From: Candidatus Dojkabacteria bacterium
GTDB taxonomy: Bacteria; Patescibacteriota; Dojkabacteria; B142; OLB20
Direction of reading: 5' to 3'
DNA: 64,000 nucleotides
NCBI GenBank assembly: GCA_035444565.1
Contig: DAOMOX010000002.1
Location: 105,335-169,334 of the forward strand
The notes under the pieces were generated by a model. The model did no database searches. It saw nothing but the letters and a program-made list of their open reading frames with translations, and was not told the DNA's origin. Below, piece after piece: positions 30,862 to 41,200 of this stretch. The stretch's first letter is position 1. Every line of letters starts with the position of its first letter. The position numbers were made by a program, and so were the translations under genes.

Positions 30862-32184
30862 TCATTTCAATAAATCATCAAATTCACAATTTAAAAGTGC
30901 TGATTTTGTCAGAACTATCTGTTCCGATCTATTTAATCTATCTGCTGTAAGACGTATAAGCCTTGTGGTCAATCTATCACCCACAACTTCTCTATTTGAT
31001 TTTGAAATATAATCCTCAATCTTTTTATGAAACAACGTTGCATATTGCTTTATCTTGTCACTCTTACCGGACTCAGTTATCTTTTCGACAACTTCTCGAG
31101 ATATATCAATTGTAATATCTCCATCCGCGAAACTTATCCAATAATCGCTAATATTAATTATAAACCAAACTGACTTTCCTTCTTCCGTCTTGTACTCATA
31201 TGCAAAAGTGTAATTATCAGTAAAGAATTCTGTTTTAATTTCTATCCTTTCAAGTTCTTTAATCCGGTGTATAGGATAGGACTGAACCAATTTTAAATAA
31301 CTCTCATGCCAGTTAGTCAGCCAATTAGTAATATAGTTATTATCAGTAAACAGCGGAATTAGATCCTGCTCAAGATTATCTACTTCCACTGTATTCATTT
31401 TTATAGTCAATTCATCAAACAGTTTCTGTAGATTAGAAGTGTTCACACCTTTGGCTTTTAAATAATCTAGATCAGGTATCGCCTTTTTATCCATATACCA
31501 GAGCAAGTCATATATATCCCTACCTTTTTCATTAAATGTTTTGCTCCCAATATTTCTCTCTCCTCTTAAAAAGATAGCTGCTATTTTACTTGCCATAAGA
31601 TTCGACATATTGTAAGTCTTGATTACAAACGATAACTGATCTCTACTTATCGGAATTTTTTCTGTTGTTGACTTTTCTGAATTGAATTGGTTCAAGTCAA
31701 TCTTTAGATGAATTTGGTCCGAAGCATGACCCAATCCTAGTTTTTCTCCAATATGGAAATTCAATCGGAGTCCACGAACACCACTAATTTTTACGGTCAT
31801 AAATGTCGAATCTGTTTTATACTGATTTGAAAAGTACGACTCAATTTCGGATTTCAGCTCTTCCAGAAAATCCTGTGTGACTTCGGTTTTAATTTCAAAA
31901 TCTAAATCTACCGACATTCGATTAAGTCCATGGCAGATACGTAAAGCTGAACCTCCATACATAACCCATTTACTGTATTCTGGATGATGGTATATGAAAT
32001 TTAGAACATAAAACTGTAATTCCTCTTTTAGCACATTCCTTTGTATCTCGACACTAACAGATTCAGATGCTTTTACTTCTTCTAGTTTTGTCTTTAGTTT
32101 TAATAATACTTGATTATTCATGTTCTTTATATTTCTCGACCATTGAATGAAACTGATCCTGCTCCTTCTTTTCCATTTCATCAA
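30862..32184 (-). CDS. abiEii: AbiEii/AbiGii-family nucleotidyltransferase toxin (type IV TA / abortive infection)
   Basis: MYGGSALRICHGLNRMSVDLDFE matches DUF1814 signature GGTAL..hg.R.S.DLD. Probable true start at internal Met about 21 codons downstream. Confidence 0.65.
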   Translation of the reverse strand: MMKWKRRSRISFIQWSRNIKNMNNQVLLKLKTKLEEVKASESVSVEIQRNVLKEELQFYVLNFIYHHPEYSKWVMYGGSALRICHGLNRMSVDLDFEIKTEVTQDFLEELKSEIESYFSNQYKTDSTFMTVKISGVRGLRLNFHIGEKLGLGHASDQIHLKIDLNQFNSEKSTTEKIPISRDQLSFVIKTYNMSNLMASKIAAIFLRGERNIGSKTFNEKGRDIYDLLWYMDKKAIPDLDYLKAKGVNTSNLQKLFDELTIKMNTVEVDNLEQDLIPLFTDNNYITNWLTNWHESYLKLVQSYPIHRIKELERIEIKTEFFTDNYTFAYEYKTEEGKSVWFIINISDYWISFADGDITIDISREVVEKITESGKSDKIKQYATLFHKKIEDYISKSNREVVGDRLTTRLIRLTADRLNRSEQIVLTKSALLNCEFDDLLK

Positions 32185-32752
32185 AATCGATACGTAGTTC
32201 TTCTAATAAATTACTTATATCTCTAACCTCAATTGATCGAAATCTATTTGTCCTAAAATACAGCAAGTCGAAAAGGGCTTTAGAGGGGGAGGCAATATAA
32301 AAATCAAATTTATTATCTGATTCAGAATCTCCTTTAACCAACAAATAATCAGAAAAGATCTTTTCATTGATAGACTTATAAAAGAATGTACCGATTTTTG
32401 TCTGATAATCTCTGGTTACCTTTTGTGTTACAGAGGTAATAGCACCGATTTCCTCAGTAGCTAGAGAGTAATATTGCAATGCCGTCCACGAGCTTATATA
32501 TGATGGTTTCCTCAACACGTTCGCCAAATAGTACAAATACGTTACATCATTTTTATTTTTCTCATAGAAATCCCTAGAAACGTACAATTCTCTTCTTAGC
32601 TGGATAATATCTTTGCTTTTTATATACCTACTAATATAAGTATCTATAGTCACATCTTCTAAAGCATACTGCTCAGCTATTTGCACCAAAACAGCCTTAG
32701 TAAAATAAGGTAACGGTTTCAAGTTTTCGATTAGATTTTTCTTGCTTTTCAT
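32114..32752 (-). CDS. abiEi: AbiEi-family antitoxin/transcriptional regulator
   Basis: Size, position directly upstream of AbiEii and ...YISSWTALQYYSL... AbiEi-like segment. Confidence 0.5.
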   Translation of the reverse strand: MKSKKNLIENLKPLPYFTKAVLVQIAEQYALEDVTIDTYISRYIKSKDIIQLRRELYVSRDFYEKNKNDVTYLYYLANVLRKPSYISSWTALQYYSLATEEIGAITSVTQKVTRDYQTKIGTFFYKSINEKIFSDYLLVKGDSESDNKFDFYIASPSKALFDLLYFRTNRFRSIEVRDISNLLEELRIDFDEMEKKEQDQFHSMVEKYKEHE

Positions 32753-32806
32753 ATATATGACACTATTGTATCAGATATAAAACATAGATTCAATACACAA
32801 ACATAT

Positions 32807-34384
32807 TTAAAATGGACTCTCAATCCCTAATTCTTTAGTAAATACTTCAATTTTCTTTTTTAAATTCTCTTCTTCACCTGCCAATTCTTTCGCTTCTTTC
32901 GCCACAGCTTCGATATCTATTTCTGGCTCTTCATCGAATGTATCGACGTATCTTGGGATATTTAGATTAAATTCATTTTCTTCGATCTCTTTAAGTGTCG
33001 CTTTGTGTGAATATTTCTCTATTTCTTTTCTGTCTTTGTATGTTTCAAATATTTTGGATATATTCTCATCGGTTAGTTTGTTTTGATTTTTACCTTTTTC
33101 GAACTCTTTCGAAGCATCGATAAACAAAATATCATCGTCTTCTTTTCTGCATTTTTTGAATACCAAAACTGTTGCTGGAATAGATGTCCCGTAGAACAGA
33201 TTTGCTGGAAGACCGATTACTGCATCGAGATAATTCTGTTTCTCTATGATATATTTCCGAATCTGACCTTCTGCTCCAGATCTGAATAACGCTCCATGTG
33301 GAAGGACAACTGCCATCGTTCCATTGTCAGCCAGATGATAGAGCATGTGAGTGACAAATGCATAGTCAGCTGCACCTTTTGGTGCTAGACGACCGTATTG
33401 AGAAAATCTTTCATCATTCGCCAGTACAGGATCTGTATCACTTTTCCATTTAGCTGAAAAGGGCGGATTTGCCACCACCGCCTCTGCTTGCAAATCTTGA
33501 TGCATGTCATCCATAAGAGTGTCCCCCTGCCTGATGCTAAACTTATCAAAGTGAAGTCCATGTAAAATCATATTCATCCTAGCCAAGTTGTATGTTGTGG
33601 GATTGAGCTCTTGACCAAGATAACTTGTAACATTTGTGAAATCTCCGACACGCAAAAGCAGTGAGCCAGAACCACATGTTGGATCATAAACCGATTTAAG
33701 CCTGGTTTTACCTTCTGAAACAATTTGAGCCAATAACCTCGAAACCTGCGCTGGCGTGTAGAATTCTCCGCCTTTCTTTCCTGCACCGGAAGCAAATTCA
33801 CCTATCAAATATTCATATGCATCACCTAAAAGATCACTTTTCGAGTCTTCAATTTTAAAATCAATCCCTGCCAAAGCAGTTAATACTTCTACTATCACCT
33901 CGTTTTTCTTGTTTTCAGACTTACCAAGCTTTGATGAAGATAAATCCACATCATCAAACAATCCTTTGAAATCATCTTCGCTGGCTGTTCCCATTGAGGT
34001 TTGCTCTATTTTATTCAGAACATTTTTCAAATCTTCAAGTATGAACTTGTCCACTCCATTAATTTCACCATTTCCAGCTTTGACTAAATATGAAAACAAC
34101 TCTCTAGGCTTCAAGAAGAATCCAAGATATTCAGTTGTAGCTTTTTGCACAGCTTCTAGGATCTTTTCACCTTCTTGTGTTTCTTCATCAATTTCGTCAA
34201 ACTTGTACTTTTCGCCCTTTAAAAGTTCCTCATCAACATATGCAGACAGTTTCTCCGAAAGATATTTGTAGAAAATAAAGCCAAGAATGTAATTTTTGTA
34301 TTCATCGGCATTCATTTTTCCGCGGAGGATGTTTGCTACTGACCAGAGTTGCTTCTCGAGGAGTTGCTTGTGTTCATCAGCCAT
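32807..34384 (-). CDS. hsdM: Type I restriction-modification N6-adenine DNA methyltransferase subunit
   Basis: DPTCGSGSLLL (motif I) and VANPPFSAKW (motif IV NPPF). Confidence 0.85.
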   Translation of the reverse strand: MADEHKQLLEKQLWSVANILRGKMNADEYKNYILGFIFYKYLSEKLSAYVDEELLKGEKYKFDEIDEETQEGEKILEAVQKATTEYLGFFLKPRELFSYLVKAGNGEINGVDKFILEDLKNVLNKIEQTSMGTASEDDFKGLFDDVDLSSSKLGKSENKKNEVIVEVLTALAGIDFKIEDSKSDLLGDAYEYLIGEFASGAGKKGGEFYTPAQVSRLLAQIVSEGKTRLKSVYDPTCGSGSLLLRVGDFTNVTSYLGQELNPTTYNLARMNMILHGLHFDKFSIRQGDTLMDDMHQDLQAEAVVANPPFSAKWKSDTDPVLANDERFSQYGRLAPKGAADYAFVTHMLYHLADNGTMAVVLPHGALFRSGAEGQIRKYIIEKQNYLDAVIGLPANLFYGTSIPATVLVFKKCRKEDDDILFIDASKEFEKGKNQNKLTDENISKIFETYKDRKEIEKYSHKATLKEIEENEFNLNIPRYVDTFDEEPEIDIEAVAKEAKELAGEEENLKKKIEVFTKELGIESPF

Positions 34385-34499
34385 TGTTGTAATTATAAAT
34401 TAATAATAACCTAGATTATACATGCAAGACTTATACATAATCCACATACAAACATTTCTAATTAGTTCAAAACTCCGAATTAAATATTTCTTATAAATC

Positions 34500-35543
34500 T
34501 TAAGATGCTATAAAATTATCATTAACAGTATCTATCAACAAAACTATCTGATTTGCCATATCTTTTATAACTATATCTTCAGTAACATCAAGTTTTGGAA
34601 ATATAGGAAAATAAATCCGATCTTTCTGAATTATTTTTGTATCAATAAGTCTTTCAGTTTTATGGCAACTTTCTATAAGTTGAGGTGTCGTGGCCCAGTT
34701 CTTGCTATCTTGGAAACCTATCCAAAAAGGCGTATCCAAATACTTAGACCAAAGATCCATACTGAAATATAGTGTTAGTGCAAGCTTTTCATAATACCCA
34801 AACCTGACGTAACCATCTCTTTGAGGTGTCGCTCGCAATTTCTCTGTCATAAATTTACCATTATTCCTTAGCTCTTCGACAAGGTTATCAATTAAATCAC
34901 AGTATGACATTAATCTTCTGGGATACTTAGGGGACAAATCATCACTTTGTATTGGAAGGAAAGAGTTATCATCAATAACTTTACAAAAACCGATTAATTG
35001 ATCAATGTCTGATACTAAGCTTGTTGAACCTTCCTGTACTAAGTTGCTCTTAATAATAGCTAGGATTTCATCCCACGTTTTTATTAGAATATATTTATTT
35101 TCAGGCAATTCAATTAACCTATCATTTGCACTTTTCTCTGGTATTTCAATTTTTACAACCCTATTTTTGATTTCTGAATACAAAGATCGACTTCTCAGTG
35201 TTGGGCAAATAAATAAAAGTACGGATGACTCGCCAATTCTTTTCAGATACTCTAGCGGTTGATTCTCAGTCAATGATGCCCAAAACTTAGCTTCGATGAT
35301 TAATCTTTCATTTTCATCCGTGGTTGTTACTCCAGATATATCCGGACGTTCTAAATTTTCCCCGATTGATTGGGCAATATATTTTAAATCTGGAAGATTA
35401 ATCCCGGTATCGTTTGAGATTACATTTTGTAGCGCATCTCTAGCACCTTTTGATTTATTCAAAATATAAGATAATCCGGTTGATGCAATATCTTCCTGTG
35501 ATCCTCTGATACGTGAATAAAATTGTCCTAGTAGTGATTCCAT
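34500..35543 (-). CDS. Hypothetical protein with possible PD-(D/E)xK-like signature (PDISGV...ERLIIEAKFW)
   Basis: ORF directly upstream of hsdM on same strand; D...E-A-K spacing only. Confidence 0.3.
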   Translation of the reverse strand: MESLLGQFYSRIRGSQEDIASTGLSYILNKSKGARDALQNVISNDTGINLPDLKYIAQSIGENLERPDISGVTTTDENERLIIEAKFWASLTENQPLEYLKRIGESSVLLFICPTLRSRSLYSEIKNRVVKIEIPEKSANDRLIELPENKYILIKTWDEILAIIKSNLVQEGSTSLVSDIDQLIGFCKVIDDNSFLPIQSDDLSPKYPRRLMSYCDLIDNLVEELRNNGKFMTEKLRATPQRDGYVRFGYYEKLALTLYFSMDLWSKYLDTPFWIGFQDSKNWATTPQLIESCHKTERLIDTKIIQKDRIYFPIFPKLDVTEDIVIKDMANQIVLLIDTVNDNFIAS

Positions 35544-35653
35544 GAATGTGTTTGATAATAATTATTAAGTAAAACTCACAGTTCTTTTATCATTTAATTC
35601 CTCAATTCCTAAATTTCTCAATCTTTACATTTTATTTCCTCATTCCTCAATCT

Positions 35654-36385
35654 CTAAATTCCTAAATCCCTCAATTTCCCTTGATACCCACACCACTCAC
35701 ACCCCTCCCTATACCCCGGAATCTCCTCCCCCATCAAACAATCCTTAATCTCTCTCAACTTCCCCTCAATCCAGCTGTCGTCTCCGGTGTATGGAATTAC
35801 GGAGATTTTGAATTCTAGTTTTGCATCGAAGGCTTGTTTGTCTTTGATGCCATTGCAATAAACAAAGTAACCCGTATTCGATACTTCAAAACCATTTCTT
35901 CGTAGTAACCATTGATAGATTTCCATTTGTCTCTTGTATGACATTTGCCAGTCTGCATCGATATTTACCTCCTCTTTTTTTGAAGTTGATTTGTAGTCCA
36001 CTACTATTAATTCTCCTTTTGGATTCACCCAAACATCATCAACTGCTCCTGCCACCAGAAGATTGGTTTCTTCGTGTAGGTATTGAACACCTTGGAAATT
36101 TTCTCTCCAGATGTCGATATCTTTGTGAGTGAAAGGAATTGCATCAATTCCATATGTGGTCATCAGTGGATGAGGGTCACCCTTGATACGATGGGTATCG
36201 AATTCTTGCTTCAATAAGTGGTCAACCGCAGAATTCAAACTAAACGGAGGACCTGAGGGCTGCTTTAATCCAAGTCTTCTATCCAGATAAAAACAATGCG
36301 GACAATTAATGAAGAATTCTATTCCCGATCTGCTGATTTTGTAAGCTTCGTCTTTGAGTGGATCAAACTGCCCTCGATAAGCCAT
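35654..36385 (-). CDS. Cas4-like / RecB-family PD-(D/E)xK exonuclease with Fe-S cysteines (stand-alone, no CRISPR nearby)
   Basis: N-terminal CPHC, LLVAGAVDDVWV (motif II), LIVVDYKST (motif III DYK), QMEIYQWLL (QxxxY), C-terminal C..GCEWCGY cysteine cluster. Confidence 0.55.
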   Translation of the reverse strand: MAYRGQFDPLKDEAYKISRSGIEFFINCPHCFYLDRRLGLKQPSGPPFSLNSAVDHLLKQEFDTHRIKGDPHPLMTTYGIDAIPFTHKDIDIWRENFQGVQYLHEETNLLVAGAVDDVWVNPKGELIVVDYKSTSKKEEVNIDADWQMSYKRQMEIYQWLLRRNGFEVSNTGYFVYCNGIKDKQAFDAKLEFKISVIPYTGDDSWIEGKLREIKDCLMGEEIPGYREGCEWCGYQGKLRDLGI

Positions 36386-36472
36386 ATTTGTGGTTTCTAG
36401 GTTGAAGTTGATTATACTATTATTAACTATTCAAAGAAAGTAATCACCAGTAAGAATTTTGGTGATTGAGAC

Positions 36473-37192
36473 TTATACCTTAAAGTAATCCATCTTCTGA
36501 GTATTTTTACACGTAGGGAAGTTTGTACATCCCCAGAATATCCCATATTTTCCTTCAACAATCTTCATCCTGCTGTCGCATTTGTTACAGAACTTGACTG
36601 AATCCCTATTAATTAATGGTCTGAGAGGAATTTCTACATTATATTTTTTTATTATACTCACTAGTTCATAGCCATTTATCAATCTAATAGGTCTTTCACT
36701 TGCGAAACGCTTTGCATCTAGCGTGAAAATATTAGTAGTTACAAAATATGCATTGGCATTATTCAGTTTATCTACTGTGGCACCATAAAAATCTCTCATA
36801 TCACTAAGAGTTACAACTCGGTTTATGTACTTTTTACATTGTATATAGTGAGTTTTTTCCCCTTTTTTTACAATTATATCTATTCCTCCATCCCTCAGGC
36901 CACCAATCACATTTGTCGTGTAGCCTAATTGTTGAAATATTTTTCCAACAAACTCTTCAAATTCATGTGGTGAGAGATTTTTAATTGCCGAGAGCATTTC
37001 TTTATCACTTTTCCAAGTGAATTCTTTCCTCTCCGGAGTGCTTTGCTGTTGGGTGGGGATAGTGGGTAAAGACGAACTTACAGGTGGTGCTTTCTCATCT
37101 TTAGTAGCACTCAGAGCTTTGATAAGGAAAACTACGAGAGAAAGAATTACTACTAGATAGATACTACAAAACAGAAAAAAGAAATTCTCCAA
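36473..37192 (-). CDS. Mrr-cat-type restriction endonuclease domain protein with N-terminal TM and C-terminal topoisomerase-type C4 zinc finger
   Basis: FEEFVGKIFQQLGYTTNVIGGLRDGGIDIIVKK...HYIQCKKY (Mrr_cat D..D.K), C-terminal CNKCDSRM...CTNFPTC. Confidence 0.55.
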   Translation of the reverse strand: MENFFFLFCSIYLVVILSLVVFLIKALSATKDEKAPPVSSSLPTIPTQQQSTPERKEFTWKSDKEMLSAIKNLSPHEFEEFVGKIFQQLGYTTNVIGGLRDGGIDIIVKKGEKTHYIQCKKYINRVVTLSDMRDFYGATVDKLNNANAYFVTTNIFTLDAKRFASERPIRLINGYELVSIIKKYNVEIPLRPLINRDSVKFCNKCDSRMKIVEGKYGIFWGCTNFPTCKNTQKMDYFKV

Positions 37193-37310
37193 TGCTATGT
37201 AAAATATTTATAAATACATAGCTACATAGTACAAAAATTTATTCAAGATTTCCAAAATCGATATTTCCGAAATAAAGTATTAAAAATGGGGGTGTTACCA
37301 GTTCTGAGAA

Positions 37311-37865
37311 TTATTGATAGTTTTTGTTACTTGAAATTATTGATTTAACATCTTTCGCTACATCAAATACAAATTCCAAGTCTTGATCGTTATAGAGTTT
37401 ATCAATTCTTTTAAGATTTCCAATATGAAGCCTATTTCTAAAAGATCTTACTCTATCCAGGTTACTTTCTAGTTCTGGTTCAATTATGTGATATTTAGAA
37501 CAATAGTCTATAACTCTGTTAAAGTCCAATTTATTGATATCGATAGGCATTTGTTCACGTATTAATCCAACTACTTGTTTGTTCGGACTTATCTTGTAAA
37601 GCATTCTAATGTCAGTGTATTTCCAAGAATCTTTTGTTTTAATATTTCCAGAATTTACCTCATATTTAACTATGATCATCAATAGAGCCTCTATAATTGA
37701 AGCGGTGTGAATAATTATTGTTTTCCTAAAACTACTCAATGTAATAAGAGAATCGTCAAAATCCTTCTTCAACAATAAAGTAGAAAGTACAAGTATATGA
37801 TTGAAAGTAATATTGAGGTTAGTGCGTAGAATCGGATCTTTAATTTCAGGGAAATTATTTATCAC
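37311..37865 (-). CDS. Hypothetical protein (weak HEPN-like R-x6-H: RSFRNRLH). GTG start in ORF track
   Basis: ORF at head of the minus-strand defence gene string. Confidence 0.3.
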   Translation of the reverse strand: MINNFPEIKDPILRTNLNITFNHILVLSTLLLKKDFDDSLITLSSFRKTIIIHTASIIEALLMIIVKYEVNSGNIKTKDSWKYTDIRMLYKISPNKQVVGLIREQMPIDINKLDFNRVIDYCSKYHIIEPELESNLDRVRSFRNRLHIGNLKRIDKLYNDQDLEFVFDVAKDVKSIISSNKNYQ

Positions 37866-38034
37866 CTTCGACCATCATATCCACTAATGAAGGGAATCCG
37901 CCCTCTCTAAGGTAATCACCTAGCTTTGTGTTTGGGTCGACGGATAATTCGATACCATAAAGCTCCTTTAACTCGGAAACTTTAGTATTTCTGGTAAGAA
38001 TTATCTGGTTTTTGTCTTTTTTAACTTTTCTCAT
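37855..38034 (-). CDS. Unannotated 59-aa ORF overlapping start of 37311-37865 gene (possible small partner/antitoxin-like)
   Basis: ATG at complement 38032-38034, TAA at complement 37855-37857; MRKVKKDKNQIILTRNTKVSELKELYGIELSVDPNTKLGDYLREGGFPSLVDMMVEGDK. Below the 60-aa threshold of the supplied track. Confidence 0.25.
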   Translation of the reverse strand: MRKVKKDKNQIILTRNTKVSELKELYGIELSVDPNTKLGDYLREGGFPSLVDMMVEGDK

Positions 38035-38295
38035 AAGAAACTATACCACAAATTTAAATATGAACATTGTGCCGTAAGGCAAATATGAGTAACTTTCTAG
38101 AGAAATCCCCGTCTCGAATCAAGTTTCGTTTAAATTCCAAAAAAATCATCATTAAGATTAATATCAAAGATAAGTCATTAAAAAAATTTAATCAAAATTG
38201 CAGAAGACACTCTTCCAAATCTCCGTAACACACATACGGAGCGTATTATGGTATAATTGTATATGATTTTAAATCAATTTCGAACTAAATATTAA

Positions 38296-41200
38296 ATGGG
38301 GGACTTAGGCTTAGATAATAATCGCTGGTTGATTCCGAGATTGGACTATTTACCTGACGTTAATCCTTGGGATATGTTTAATCGAGAACGATTGCGCGTA
38401 TTTGGGGAGATAGTAGATAACTATTTTGTTCCACAATGCAATTTTCTTAGTTATGAAGATACAGAACAAGATTTAGATTATTTTGTTCAGAAATATCCAT
38501 TTTTATTAGATGGACAAGGAAGCCTTCCTCAATTGCATAGGAAAGTTTACGAACTTCAATCAAATGGGGTTTCTACACTAACAATTTTTGATATTTGTAT
38601 AGAATTTGACTGTCTTGATAAACTCGGCCAACAATTTCTAGAAAATCCACCACCTCATTTAGAATTAGGACTTAAAATTACAAACTCTGCAGAATATAAT
38701 TTGATACAACAAGCAGTAACAAGAAATCACCTACCTCAAGTTTTAAATTTTCTAAATTCTCTAATCCCCTTAAAAGAACCTGAAGGTGAAGAATACTTAA
38801 AACATCCAACACTCTGGTTAGAGCTACTAGGGAGTTCTTCAATGTACCGACCTAATGCAGTTATTCTGGCTGCTGAAAAAGGCAGTCTAAATCATCTAAC
38901 TGAAACAATCAAGTATTTGTCTACTATAGATGAAAACAGAACATTAAATTTATTCGAGAATGAATTTCAATTAGGTATGGGCGAATCAAATTTCTTACAT
39001 CATCTATTAAAAGGAAAACAATTGCATTCATCATTGATTGAGATGATTCAACAAGTTTATTCATCAAGCACTTATCGTCTTAAATCATTGCTTAATCAAA
39101 AAGACTTCTATGGGAATATTCCGACTCATGCCATATTGGGTCCTTACAGAGATTTTATTATACCATTAATAGATTTCGCTTATACGGAAGATAATGAAGG
39201 TTTAAAGTTGTTGCTAGAAAAATTTGGAATCTCAAATTTAATTAGGACCAGTGCCACGAGTAATTTACTACCAGGTCTAATAACTAAAACTTATAGTGAT
39301 GCAACTGAAATACTCTTAGAATACGTAACACCAGTCATCCATGACATTCTTAGAAATATTTCAATCACAGGAAACTTGGAGTCATTTGAAATATTGAAAC
39401 TAGCTTATTCATCTCATCCGGGAGAATTATTTAAAACATTTATTGAATCAGAGTCAAATGCTGAACTACTAATACATGCTGCTCAAAATCATCATGTAGC
39501 ATCTGCTAGGGAATACATAAAATACATATTTAAAGACCATCCAGATTTATTGCAAGAATATTTACATCGACCAGATTCAAATACTATCGCACAAGAAAAT
39601 GATACATACCAAATCGCATTTTTAAGATACCTTTCCTCTCCTCATGATTTCATTCCAGCAATGGAAATTTTGGAACAAGCATATTTAACTAATGATCAAA
39701 ACGGCGAGAACTCTCAAAAATTATCTGGGAAGAATATAATTCAACCTTTTTTAAAAGTAGCTTCGACTAATCCTGAAATCTTAACTTGTGAAGTAATTTC
39801 TAGGTTCAAATTGATATTAGATAGAAGTAATTACACTTATCTAATTAGTAATCCAGATGTAAGAGAAGTATTAGTAAATTATGAAATAGAACATATAGTA
39901 CCACGTTCAAATACATTTTTTCGAATGGGTATAGATGAACAATATTCAGGAGATATGGCACGTATTGCAGTAGAAGCATATACAGAATATTCTTATTTTA
40001 AACAAGTACTTGAATCCTACCCTACTATACTATCAAAAGTATTAGGGACTGAGCTTATAGTTAATCTTGGACCTACGGAAAACGAGGCAAGAAGTGCCTA
40101 TGATAGAGAAATTTTAGACATAAGTAAGAAATTTATATCGTTATTAGAAAATCATTTTAATATCAGAGGAAACTTTTACATTATTGACGAATCTGAACAA
40201 GATCAAGACATTCAGCCAACTGAGGATCTAATATCTCGCCTATTTCCGACTAGAAAGCATCAATTTTTTGTAAACGAAAAATTAATCACAGACATTTTCG
40301 AACAACCTCCTTTAACAAGGCTTGGTTTTCTTGCAAGAAGAGCATTATTGGGGGGAGACTTCCCTGATAGGCCAGAGGACAAAGCTTTGAGAAGTATTTT
40401 CCCAGAGGATTTTACAATGTTTTACAAGCCTGATAACGACTACTTGCCTATACCAATACTCCCAGAACACTGGGCAGAACTTGCTTTAAAGTTATCTCAT
40501 TGTACTCCTAATTTAGAAAATGGATCTTTCCTAGATAGCATACAAGTTATTTCTGGTATTGTAGACTCATTAAAGGAAATTGCTAAATTATCGGAAATAC
40601 CACTGACCGACAGGTTATTAACTGACATTGAAAGTTTTGCAAAGTTGTTAGGTAGATATTATATCAATACAGTTTATGCAACTGATAATACAAAGATTAA
40701 ATCCAAGGAAGAGGTAGATAAACACCCAATTATTATAAAAATCTTAGATCCAGATGATAACGAAGATTTGGCAGATTTTATAAGATATCGATTTGCAGGG
40801 GATCCCATACAAGATCTCAAACTTACGGCTCAATACAAACATTTGCCATCCGAAATTGGTTTGATGGCTTACGATCCACATACAACCGTAGCCCTCTTGT
40901 ATGAAAATCGTTCGGATGTAACTATTTCACTTGAAGAAGAGCATCCAATGGATAATGATTTTATGGATGAAATTTCAAAAGAAGAATTAAGGTATAACAT
41001 TGAACGATTAGCTTTTGGTTATGTAACAATAACTGAGGGTACATTTAGAACCTCAGAAGAGGAAGATGCTCGTCGTATAATCATCCTAGGAGACGCCGAG
41101 ATGGGATCTTACCGCAGCAATGCTAATGTTGCAGAAATCTTATTAACTCTCGCACGAACTCTAAAACAAAAAACAGGTCTGGATGTGATAATTTCTACCG

